From assembly GCA_951406725.2 (NCBI GenBank), contig OX597817.1:126666001-126730000 (forward strand): a stretch of 64,000 nucleotides of DNA, read 5' to 3'. The DNA is from Octopus vulgaris (Eukaryota). Position numbers and translations under genes: made by a program. The first letter of the stretch is position 1. Each line of letters begins with the position of its first letter. Under the pieces are notes generated by a model. It saw only the letters and a program-made list of their open reading frames with translations, had not been told where the DNA came from and ran no database searches. Below are positions 52,340 to 64,000 of the stretch, piece after piece.

Positions 52340-52895
52340 TAAGGACGAATAGGTAAATAAATGGTATTGAACGAAGATGCTAATAAAATTCTTTTACTTT
52401 CGACATATGTTTCGAAGACAACATGGTTTTATTCCAAAGGAATAAACGGTGTAAGATGCAATCTTCTCATCAGGAAAGAAAGAGAGCCTCTCTCATCAAC
52501 AATACTTTATAACAATTACGATGACTGCCTACATGATAAACAGAACGTTATTAATTATTTTAAAAAAACGTTAGTACATTTGACGTCAAAGTCAGATAGT
52601 AGGAAGAGATAGTAGGAAGTGTTAAAGGAATAATAACTAGAGAAGAAATAGAGAGGGGACACGTTGATTAAAAAAATGTTCAAAGGCTTAGAAATAGATT
52701 TATCCATTGAAGTGAAGTGCAAGTTAAATTAATTGTTCAAACTATAAGGTCTGGCGAAATCACTTATATGAGTAAAATGTATGTTTCTGCCAGTGTTAAC
52801 ATTTGCATGATCGCTATATAAGTGTGTTTACATCTTACACCGTTTATTCCTTTGAAATAAAACCATGTCGTCTTCGAAACATATGGCGAAAGTAT
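52340..52895. mobile_element. Short Penelope-derived element with inverted partial terminal repeat, in (TA)n
   Basis: 52395-52458 is inverted at 52831-52895; carries a hammerhead; TA microsatellites on both sides. Confidence 0.75.
52397..52478 (-). ncRNA. Canonical minimal type I hammerhead ribozyme
   Basis: ctttc-CTGATGA-gaaga...tcttc-GAAA-catatg-TC-gaaag; perfect stems I and II, palindromic stem III, GUC cleavage between 52402 and 52401. Confidence 0.85.
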
Positions 52896-52915
52896 ATCAT
52901 ATATATATAATATGT

Positions 52916-52980
<65 letters not shown>

Positions 52981-53091
52981 GTGTGTGTCTGTCTGTCTGT
53001 CTGTATATATATATATATATCTACAATTTCTGGTAGCGTCATTCTCATTTCTGCTATCTGCATTTTGGGAAATATCGTTTTTCTTCCTCAC

Positions 53092-53183
53092 ATGCAGTCC
53101 CAAAATATCATCCTTGCCACACGTGTAAATCTGCTGTCGCAGCTTGCTATCTTAGCGTTCAGTGACACGAGCACAGTTTGTAC
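53092..53183 (-). pseudogene. Probable M12B domain exon remnant
   Basis: Acceptor gtatgtag, donor at|gtgagg; VQTVLVSLNAKIASCDSRFTRVARMIFWD. Confidence 0.4.
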
Positions 53184-53416
53184 CTACATACGAATTTAAC
53201 GATATCTTACGTCTGCTTACCATATCTCTTACGTTGCACACAGGTATATGCATCATGGAGTATAGACACGCGTATTTACACACAAATGTATACCGTACAT
53301 ATAACGTACACGCACACACACATACCTACGTGATACATAGAATATATATATATGTGTGTGTGTGTGTGGTGTGTGTGTGTGCGTGTGTATAGAGACGCGC
53401 ATACACGTAAACACAC

Positions 53417-53497
<81 letters not shown>

Positions 53498-53547
53498 GCT
53501 AGCTAACTAGCTAGCTAGCTAGCTAGATAGATAGATAGATAGATAGG

Positions 53548-53595
<48 letters not shown>

Positions 53596-54414
53596 AAGAG
53601 ACATATATATTCGTGTGAGTTTTGTGGACGTATCAATGCGTATATTTGATCTTTATGCTTAACCGTAAATAGCCCAACTTGGAGCCAGGATATATAAGTT
53701 TGTATTCATCACATATCTTTTTATATCATCAAATTTATATACTTTTTTGAAATTTTGTTACTAAGGGACGAAAAAACCTTAGAGATTTCTTCGTTTTAAT
53801 TTAGAATGAGTGTTTCCATTCTTGAAGGCATTCAATTTTAGTTTGAATAAATTCATTGATTTATTTTCGTTTCATAATTTAAACATACACGCGCGCGCAG
53901 ACACACAAACTCATACACACACAAATACATACACGCACTTACGTGCTCACACGCTCACACATACACACAAGTATGCAGAGAAACAAAAATTTACAGGAAT
54001 ACACGATTATGCTGCAGAATCACGTTGACAAAATTAAAAAACACAGTGAGTAAAAAGAAAACTCAAAAGTGATACGAAAAAACAATAATAATAACTTAGA
54101 AACGTACGCAAGATTCGTAGGAAAAATATCAAAACGTTAACGATGATAAAACAGTATCGTAACTGAATGCATTTCGGTTGTATTTATTTTCTGCTTTTGA
54201 AAATGTTGGAATCCATCGTAAAATTTTGTGCTGATCTATCTTTATCAATATTTATAACGCAAAACATCGAAAACAAAACGAACCAAATACATGAGTTACC
54301 GATTTCTATTAAATTATCACCCTCTGGATATTTATAAAACTTTTGATTTGCTAAGCCAATTTTCCAACGATTTGGGTCAATATTTTTTTCTTGTATCTAA
54401 ACAACCTGTAAAAT

Positions 54415-54458
54415 ACAATAATAATAATGATGATGATGATGATGATGAAGATGATAAA

Positions 54459-54541
<83 letters not shown>

Positions 54542-54558
54542 TAATAATAATAATAATG

Positions 54559-54652
<94 letters not shown>

Positions 54653-54657
54653 TAATA
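54415..54657. repeat. (TAA)n/(TGA)n microsatellite
   Basis: Direct inspection. Confidence 0.98.
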
Positions 54658-54815
54658 AGGAAAGAACAGCAAACGTAAGACTGAATTATAAATTTTAAAA
54701 TGAAAATCAACCCCAAAATTAAAAAAAACGATTGAAAAAATTGCAACTCAAAATATCCTGTTATATATTCTGTGGGAAAGTTTGATGACATCAAAACATA
54801 AAAAGAAATATTGTA

Positions 54816-54865
<50 letters not shown>

Positions 54866-55261
54866 ACTTTTAAAATTTTGTGATTTTAAAATTCTACTTT
54901 GCGTTTTTTTATTGCAATATTGAAGGTAGGAAACTTACACCATTACTTTCTTTTTTGCATTTTTTTTCATAAAATGTACTCTGTAACCAGGAATATTAGT
55001 TAGAAATATACAGTATGAGGAAAATACTTTTAGATCGGAAAATTTTATTGCAACATAGCAAAGGCCCAAAGCAATCTTTTTAGAAAGTCTTGTTAACTAA
55101 TAGACAGAGTACATCTATAAATATGGCTAGGAATATGTTTACTTTAATAGCATATGATGTTAATGAGCTGCCTTCCCTTCTGAACGGATTTTGCTTTACT
55201 CTTTTACTCCCGACACTATATTGCGATATATAATAGTGATATATGCTTCAAACCTTCTTCT

Positions 55262-55262
55262 G

Positions 55263-55314
<52 letters not shown>

Positions 55315-55381
55315 GCCACCACCACCACCAACACCACCGCCACCAGCACCTCTAGTACTACTACTACTACTACTACTACTT

Positions 55382-55466
<85 letters not shown>

Positions 55467-55490
55467 TAATAATAATAATAATAATAATAG
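55262..55490. repeat. (TAC)n/(CAC)n/(TAA)n compound microsatellite
   Basis: Direct inspection. Confidence 0.98.
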
Positions 55491-56149
55491 CTGTGCGTAG
55501 TTGTTTTTGTGTTCATAGTACTACGTGCACCTCCATTTTGCAGCACGATTCATTTCTCTATTCTCATCAGTAAACTTTTTCTCTTAACAACAAATGAACA
55601 TAAAACCAAATAGTTTTCTTTCTCTTTAATATGATAGGACACTATCGGTTTGGAAAGAAAATTGACCAATTCATTAGTTTATAAACAATTTATGATAACA
55701 TAAGACATTCACTCCGTTTTGTGAAACATCCTATACAAAGATAATAGAATTCCCAGAGTTATACACTTTCTAAATGCTTTTATAGCGATCAGAAATTGCT
55801 TATATTATCCATTCAACTATAGAACTACGCAGCATACGTATATGCTTAATAAAGCAAAAACTAATTCTTTCAAAGCAAAGTTTTATCAATAAAACCAAAA
55901 AAATGACTCGATTGTAGTTTGTTATTCCCCTTTCTCTGATATTTCAAATATCTAGGTAAGTAGACCATGAATATTTCGAAATGATTTACAAATGTGTACA
56001 TTCCAAAACATTAACGAAATTTGAATCAGATATATCATGCCAAATATAAATCCTACAGAGACTCTTGGTAGTTTGCTGATTTAATAGGGTCCCAGACATG
56101 TAGATAGGGAATAATCGAAAATGGCAAATTGTTTGAAATAAATACGTCA

Positions 56150-56227
56150 CAAGTGTTGTATGCTGCCCTCATCTTTGTCGGTATTGTAATGTCACCAAGG
56201 TCAAATGTGCCATTCATATATCGGAAT
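56150..56227 (-). pseudogene. Probable M12B domain exon remnant
   Basis: Acceptor ccatttcag, phase 2; FRYMNGTFDLGDITIPTKMRAAYN; phase-compatible with 57344-57440. Confidence 0.4.
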
Positions 56228-56329
56228 CTGAAATGGTAAATCCGACAAAGCTCACATATTTATGTGTACGAATGTAGGTTATAGAATGGCGTTAATCATT
56301 TCGTTAGATTTGCTAGCTCGAACTCATTT

Positions 56330-56510
56330 AATATTGGAGCAAGGCCAGCAATTTCAGGGGTGCCTGTAATTCGATTACATTGACCCCACTAATCAACTGG
56401 TACTTATTTTATCGATCCCTTAAAGAATGAAAGTCAAAGTCGACCTCGGCGGAATTTGAGACCAAATCATAAAGACGGACTAAATACCGCTATATATGTT
56501 CCCCAGCATG
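56330..56510 (-). mobile_element. SINE family B
   Basis: Reverse complement of the 40008/46283 family (tcaaattccgccgaggtcgactttg...ggggtcaatgtaatcga). Confidence 0.8.
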
Positions 56511-56993
56511 CTAAATGTGTTTGTGCAGAGGATGAGGATAATGTACTCAAATAAAGAAGAGTGGCAATCAGTGAAAACTGAATTACACGTTATAAAATTA
56601 ACGTTACAATCGCAAACAATTTTAGAGGTTAATTGAAAATGATAAATTTCCAATTTATTTGAAAATAAACAGTTTGAAGCGAAATAATTTTGCTCATTTA
56701 AAATAGAAATGAAAAGTTGATGAACTTAGAATATAAGGATAATTTCAAGAAGCCTTTTCCCTTGAATGTGTGACAAGGAACGTTGATGTATATCAATGCG
56801 AAGAGATGTATTAAATTTTGATTAATCTGAATTAAAGTATGACAAACAATTATGTTTTCAATTATGAGATGATAAACATCGGCAGAAATTTCATTGAAAA
56901 TTATATCTGCATGTTAATTTGTCTTTTCTCGGTAGGAGACAAATATGCATGCACACTTATATATCCATGAAAATGCGTATGTTCCCGTTTGCA

Positions 56994-57045
<52 letters not shown>

Positions 57046-57343
57046 TGCGTGTGTTTATATATATATATATATAAAGACAATATCGGTATTCATGAAATAT
57101 AAGCTTTAAATGATTTAACGCACGAAGAGATATAGAATATGCCATATCAAATATAATATTCATTAGTTTGTTCAATGACTACAAATACATGCAACAACAG
57201 GAATATATTGTATAAATGTTTGATTAAAAATTTAGATTTCGAGTAAAAATAAATTTGATTTCTGTAATATTGCTTAAATGTTTTAAAAAAGTGATACCCG
57301 AAATAAAATTAAACGAAGAAGAAATGTACCAGCGTCCATTTAC

Positions 57344-57440
57344 TTGTACAGAAGGTAACATAAACAACTCTTTGCTACTATGACTAAAATGTGAACAAAT
57401 ATCGCGTCATGTAAGCGATATTTACTATATAGTCATAAAT
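57344..57440 (-). pseudogene. Probable first catalytic-domain exon remnant
   Basis: IFVHILVIV...LYK| (cf. Y.VEILVVVD...Y); donor aa|gtaaat. Confidence 0.4.
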
Positions 57441-59818
57441 CTATAGCAACGATTGTAGCAATGTGCAAGATCGTGGTTTAGGGGTTAGAGGGCAACACAT
57501 GGTCGTAAGATTTTGGTTGAGATTTCTGGACCACATGATGCGTTGCGTTCCTGAGCAAAACATTTGATTTTTTTAATTTTATCTAGTTTACTTACCAGGC
57601 AAAAATGTGTAATTTTGTGATGGACTGGTGTTAAGTCTAATAGGGAGGGACTATATAATCCTAATTTTTTTTTAAACAAAAGCACTGAATGTTTTTGATG
57701 CACTCTTTAAATCATTAAATCAACTCGGTAAAAAAGTTCCTGAAGTTATATAGCAATCACATTATTTAGTTCAAAATAGATATTAGCCAATATTTGTAGT
57801 CTTAATTTTGTAAGACGCTGCAACTAGATTATATGTGGAATATAGATATCTCAAACACGATGAAGCTGCATTTTGGGGGATAGACAATATGCAAGAGTGG
57901 ATAGACTAGAAGAGACAGAATTGAGGGATAGTCAATATAATAGTGAATCTGACATAACTAGAGACACAAAAAAAATGCGGATAGTAGCATCATAGAACAC
58001 CGCTGCATCAGTGCCCCATTCAAATGTGATTACCTGTATTTGCTTTGAAAACTAATAAATATTATTATAGATTTTTAACAAATACGCTATATATCTGACT
58101 TGTGTGTGTGTGTGTGTGTGAGTGTGCGTGTGTGTATTTACATACGAACATTTCCAGATGTGTTTCAACATCGTTATATATGTAAACAAAGAAATGCCTA
58201 TATTTATATTTTATACAGAATATATTTTATATTTAAAAGTTTGCATAGTTTCGTCTGATAACTTTAATTTTAAGTATATCTTAAAAGCCATGACAAATGA
58301 TTTTACTCCTGTTATTATGTTATAGGTTACATTTAGTTTTTTTTTTCAACCATATTTTTATTTTCATATCTTTTATCGTGTCTCATATAAGAAATTTTGA
58401 AATAAAAAAAATTGTATGTTACATTACAAATATTCAACCACACTAATTCGAGCAATAAACAGTGAAATGCAATTTATAACAGAAAAATAGAAAATAAAAC
58501 AGACAATGGCAAAACAAGCCCGACCAGAAATCAATTATATAAATGCTATCTTAGGCAATTAAGACGTCTGCCTGTGTCTGAAGAACATCTAATTATTCAG
58601 TTTTCTTTCTGTTAATCAATATTTTAAAGACACTACCTTGAGTATAAAAACAATAAAAAAATGTAATTATCCAGCGCAACTTATAGAATTTCATATAAAC
58701 GTCACAAGGTAAGTGAAACTTGAAGATGATGTATAAACAGGACGACAACTTTGTACCCAATTATGGATAAAACATTTTAGGAAACACATTATTACCTGAA
58801 GATGGCGCAGCTATTCATTTGCATATGTTCATAAACACATGTATAGAATTATGTATGTATATGCATATGTGCGTATTCAAGTGTGTGTATGTGTGTGTGT
58901 GAATGTGTGTGCTCACGCATGTGTGTAGGAATGGAGATGGAGGGGACAGAATTATATTAGTATTGTATTTCAGAATATGTAGGGAATTAGTGCCTCTTTG
59001 AGTTATATGACTAGTATTGAAAGTAAGAGATATCTTCACATTTAGGTTAACAAATAATCCATGAAATTCTAAGACGGGCTAGATCTTCCAGATCGATAAG
59101 AAGGCTGAGGCAGAAGGAATTGTGTATTATACCATAAAACCAGATCATAACAACCTGCAATAATGAATACTGAACTTATAGTTTGCTGAAGATCATGACG
59201 TTCTCGTGGTTACAAAATGTTTCATGAGCACCATACAATTACTTAGTATTTATTTGAGAAATTATGAACATAAACAGAATTATGATGTCCTCTTTATTCA
59301 CAAAATAGTGTAGGTTATGATAAGTGACAACTCATACGCGTCAAGATGTTTGTGTCCATCCCAGCTGTCCAAATGATGTTTGTTCCATTTCCCAGTAAAT
59401 ATACCTAAGTTATACGAAATAAATTTAAGGGAGCAAAGTTTATGTAAAGTACTGTGTTCACAAATGTTTGGCGAAAGTATTGTTATATGTGAGCGTAAAC
59501 ACACAGGAAAATGACATAATGTAGTATAGATAACCAAAATAAATAAGTGTGCCGGCAATATGAGGGCTTGTGGAAAAGAGTCTAACTTAACAGAAATTGC
59601 AAAAACCCTAGTTGGAGGAACAACGTTCTTCTTTCTTTTACATGGCTTAAAAGAAACAATAGGATCGCTCCAATAGGTGTGTGAATTTGAGACGACAACA
59701 TGTTGAATAAAGTTATAATGAAATGATCCTTACGTATTTCCTTTTATTCAAATCCAGGAACTTTTCATCAGACGTTTAATTGTACGTGTGTGTATGCTTA
59801 TATGTATATATGTATAAA

Positions 59819-59895
<77 letters not shown>

Positions 59896-60096
59896 ATATA
59901 TAGATAGATATAGGTTATGAGAGGTAATGGTGTCAGTAAGACCGAAAGGTGTCAGGTAATGCTGAGTAAGTGCTGTGGATAGAACATTGATAAGCTCCAG
60001 GTTCGGTGATTATGCGAATAAGGAGTCCAACGTAGGTCAAATATCAGCGTGTGTATATACGATTTTTTTTTTATGAGATAGAAAACGAAGGCTGTG

Positions 60097-60660
60097 AAGA
60101 TTGTAGAAAATTTATTAATAGAATGTCTTACAGTTATTTCCAGGATATTTATTATATCCTTTCATCGGAGACAGTGTGAGAAAATGGTTAAGCAATTATT
60201 AATTTAGATAAGATGCGAAATAGAGAGTGAAGTGGAGGAATGAAAATAGATGTGAGGTATGTAGGGATATTGCGTTTGTATATCCATTATTTAGGCAGAA
60301 TGGTATGCATATAAGATTCCAACCCATTGTGAGGAAAATCCAATAGTATCTAAAATTGGTCATTCCAAAGTTTGTACACAGTGCTATTGGATCAAGTGTT
60401 TTACTTAAACTGACCTAAAAATAGGGAATGTATTTGTAATGTCAGATCTAAAACAGGAAGAGAGGAGTAAAGAGAAGAGAGAAAAAAGAGAAAAAAAAGA
60501 AAAAAAGAGAAGAAAAAATAAGAAAAACAGGAAGAGAGGAATACAGAAATAAACTATTGCTTAACCATTTTCTCATACTGTCTTCGATGAAATGAAATAA
60601 TAATAAATATCCTGGAAACAGCTGTAAGACCTTTCCTTTATAAACGTTCTAAAATCTTGA
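60097..60660. mobile_element. Penelope-derived element with inverted terminal repeats, each bearing a hammerhead variant
   Basis: 60097-60198 inverted at 60553-60660; gtct-CCGATGA-aggata/tatcct-GAAA..TA-agac (60125-60172, -) and GAAAcagctgTA-agac (60580-60630, +). Confidence 0.75.
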
Positions 60661-60727
60661 CACACTTTTACACATTACAAGTATGTGTGTGCCCGTGTGG
60701 GCATATAGATGTGTGTACATATATATA

Positions 60728-61117
60728 TGGAATGGAAGCATTCCGTCGGTTACGACGATGAGGGTTCCGGTTGATCCGAATCAACGGAACAGCCTGCACG
60801 TGAAATTAACGTGTAAGTGGCTGAGCACTCCACAGACACGTGTACCATTAACGTAGTTCTCGGGAATATTCAGCGTGACACAGAGAGTGACAAGGCCGGC
60901 CCTTTGAAATACAGGTACAACAGAAACAGGAAGTAAGAGTGAGAGAAAGTTGTGGTGAAAGAGTACAGCAGGGATCACCACCATCCCCTGCCGGAGCTTC
61001 GTGGAGCTTTAGGTGTCTTCGCTCAATAAACACTCACAACGCCCGGTCTAGGAATCGAAACCGCGATCCTATGACCGCGAGTCCGCTGCCCTAACCACTG
61101 GGCCATTGCGCCTCCAC
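60728..61117 (-). mobile_element. SINE family C, young tRNA-derived
   Basis: Head ggaggcgcaatggcccagtggttagggcagcggactc..ggtttcgattcc with A/B boxes; tail ending ttccattcca. Confidence 0.85.
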
Positions 61118-61131
61118 ACACATATATATAT

Positions 61132-61505
61132 ATCGTTGCTATTATGCAAATATACCGAAATATACCGAAATAAGTCGAAAACGTTGCTTTTCCAGAAGAC
61201 GAAAATATAGGTTCACCATTCCATTTCATTTTACACTAGCAACAATTTCAGCTTAACATTAATACTTTCGTAGGTGCATGAAATTGTAACTACATACATG
61301 TATGATATATTCAGTGAGAAATATTTTTGAAAAACGTTCGTATTGAGGTCTAATACACATTTGAAAAATGCTAAACTGTTGTCCTACCCAATTTTCACCG
61401 GAAGTATCTGGAGATACAATAGTTTGTCGAATACAACCGTATTGCGAGCAAATATTGAAAAAAAAAGCATTTGAACATACGACACTTTAACATAATAGCA
61501 ACGAT
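61132..61505. mobile_element. MITE with 15 bp TIRs in TA context
   Basis: atcgttgctattatg (61132-61146) / cataatagcaacgat (61491-61505). Confidence 0.7.
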
Positions 61506-61531
61506 ATATATTCGTCTGTATGCATTTATGC

Positions 61532-61599
<68 letters not shown>

Positions 61600-61634
61600 G
61601 TGTGTGTATGTATATATGTATATATATATATATG

Positions 61635-61712
<78 letters not shown>

Positions 61713-62267
61713 TATACATATATACATTGGCACAGACACACGCACACGTACGCACATATGAAAGCATTGTGTTCCGTAATCATTTTTCAAGCAGAGTCAA
61801 TTTTTCTGCATTCAATTCTAATATCCAATGATGTATGAAGCGCGCAAAAGACATACCTAGGAATAAGCTATTTATATATTTCTATCTTATTTTTTATCGC
61901 ACTCCAATCACAATTGCGTGAAATTGTAAGAAGCGTGGCCTCTTGTACATCCCAAAAATTTATATACATCTTTGCCCACTATGTGAAACGCTGGGGTGGT
62001 GAGAATTGACCGAACGGAAATGTGTACTTATTTGGAGCTTTAGCAATTCTTAATTTCTTAATTACAAGACCATCATGCAAAGAGTAGAAACATCGGTCAA
62101 ATTGCATTGGGTTTGTACAACTTTAAGTAATTATTACGGTATTTTGTTGAAACAGGTGTATGATCAACAAAGCATTGTATAATAAATACACACACGTACA
62201 GGTATTGATATATATGGGTGTTTATATACGTACATATATATATATATATATACACACATATAAATAG

Positions 62268-63250
62268 ACACTGTGTTTCATAAAATTTCAGTATCATACA
62301 CGAAATCTAATAACTTTGCCAGTTCTTGTTCAAATGACTTCAAATTTTAACAGCATGCGTAGAAACAGGTCACAATTTTATGATTAACGTCTGATATGTT
62401 TATTTTTCAGGTACAGAAATGGCATTGACTGGAAGAAAAAGGCGTTTTGTGTGTTGGAGTAAGCTCTAACACAGTCAAACAAGAATGTGCAACGTGCATT
62501 TGTGAGAGAGTTCTCTGAAAAGTCACCAACAGCAATGAAGATTTTGACATGGAACAAGATATTCAAATAGGATGGACGACCACTAACATCCGAAGAGTCG
62601 GTCAAGCAGGTTCGCCAAGAACGCTTGCGAAGCCCTGAGATTCCATATGAAGAACAAGTCTAGAAACCCAGATTACTCCAACAAAAATTTGGTGTGTCCT
62701 GAGGAAGCGCTTGCTATTGATACCCTTCAAGCTGCAAATCGTTCAGGCTATAATGACAGATGACAAGCGAAAGCGCAAACAATTTAGTGTTAATATGCAA
62801 GAGAAACTTAAAGAAGCCGATTTCAAGGAATGTTTTCTTTTCAGTGATGACGCCACATTTCATGCGAATAGCAAGGTCAATAAGCATAATGTTCGCGTTT
62901 GGAGCGAAGAGAATCCCCATGCAGCAGCTGAGCCTAAGAGATACTCAGCAAAAGTGAATGTGTTCTGCGCCATCTCCGAGAAGCATCTTCATGACCTGTT
63001 TTTCTTTGAGTGAAATGCGACCGGCGATGTTTATCTGCAAATGTTTCAGCACTGGCTAATGGATAGAGCTTCATATTTCAACAGGACGTGGCTCCACCTA
63101 CTGGAAGTTCACTGCGAGGGCTTATCTCAGTGACAACTTGCTAGGGAGATGGATCGGGCATGCTGGTGATGAAAGCAATGAAGTGTTGAAATGGCCGCCA
63201 CGTTCACCTAAGACCTTGCGATTTTTTTCTCTAAGGCTATGTGAAGCTCA
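62268..63250 (+). mobile_element. Decayed Tc1/mariner-superfamily transposon
   Basis: MALTGRKKAFCVLE..VQRAFVREF (HTH), FLFSDDATFH..KVNKHNVRVWSEENPH, KVNVFCAIS, FQQD.APP, WPPRSP; stops and frameshifts. Confidence 0.88.
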
Positions 63251-63337
63251 ATATTAAACCTGTCTAGTTTCATTTGTCTTGATTATGTAGTTTCTGTGAT
63301 ATTTACATCTGAAATTATATCGAATGTTTTGTATATA

Positions 63338-63398
<61 letters not shown>

Positions 63399-63430
63399 CA
63401 TGCATATATATATACACACATATATATATG

Positions 63431-63530
<100 letters not shown>

Positions 63531-64000
63531 TATGCAAAGAGAGAGAGATATTAGTATATGGATTGTGACATAATATGATTATATTTCTCAGCGGCACAGT
63601 GCCTATTCCGCTTACGCCCTAATACTAATTCTAACTATTAGTGTATACCATTAAGCTATACTTTTTGTTTCCTAAACGTTCGGAAAAGATCTATAATGCT
63701 ATTTATGTTGATCTCTTCTTAGATTATTCTTCTACTTATAACTGTTTACGTTGAGCAATGTTGATATGTTTTCCTAATGTTTTATATCATTGTGTAATAC
63801 GAATTAATTTATTTGTTTTTTCCTCCTGGTTACTTTTATAACCTGAAATTTGTGCTAATAATTTGTTCATATTTCAACTCTCTAGATACTCATGAATGCA
63901 TATCATCAATACCCTAACAAGCGTGTTTCTCAAGTGTTATTCGGGCATCGATATGTAGCATCGAGTCTATGACTTGACTAAATGCAGTATGGCTCTATAA

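Noticed and set aside
58650-59410. Possible signal/prodomain exons of the protease
   Set aside because: Plausible acceptors, but translations give no recognisable motif.
61040-61117. tRNA gene
   Set aside because: tRNA-like head continues into a SINE body and tail; no clean acceptor stem.

Overview
AT-rich, microsatellite-dense eukaryotic DNA. The tRNA-derived SINEs and repeat landscape resemble a coleoid cephalopod such as Octopus (inference). No intact host gene is evident. Three signals stand out. (1) About 20 decayed, collinear minus-strand exons (~57.4 kb down to ~7.0 kb) read in order as an M12B/ADAMTS-like metalloprotease with a destroyed HExxH, an ADAM Cys-rich domain, a PLAC-like module and many beta/gamma-crystallin Greek-key motifs, suggesting a large pseudogene of unusual domain architecture. 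(2) Several Penelope-type terminal-repeat remnants carry minimal type I hammerhead ribozymes; one has a fully canonical core (52397-52478, minus). (3) A near-intact Dong/R4-clade RLE LINE (26005-30050) sits in a (TAA)n tract, with two older relatives and a conserved 5' RNA structure. Also present: a decayed Penelope RT/GIY-YIG, CR1/L2-like LINE fragments sharing a 3' tail with the main SINE, mariner/Tc1 relics, Helitron pieces and MITEs. All calls were made by eye; coordinates of decayed elements are approximate.
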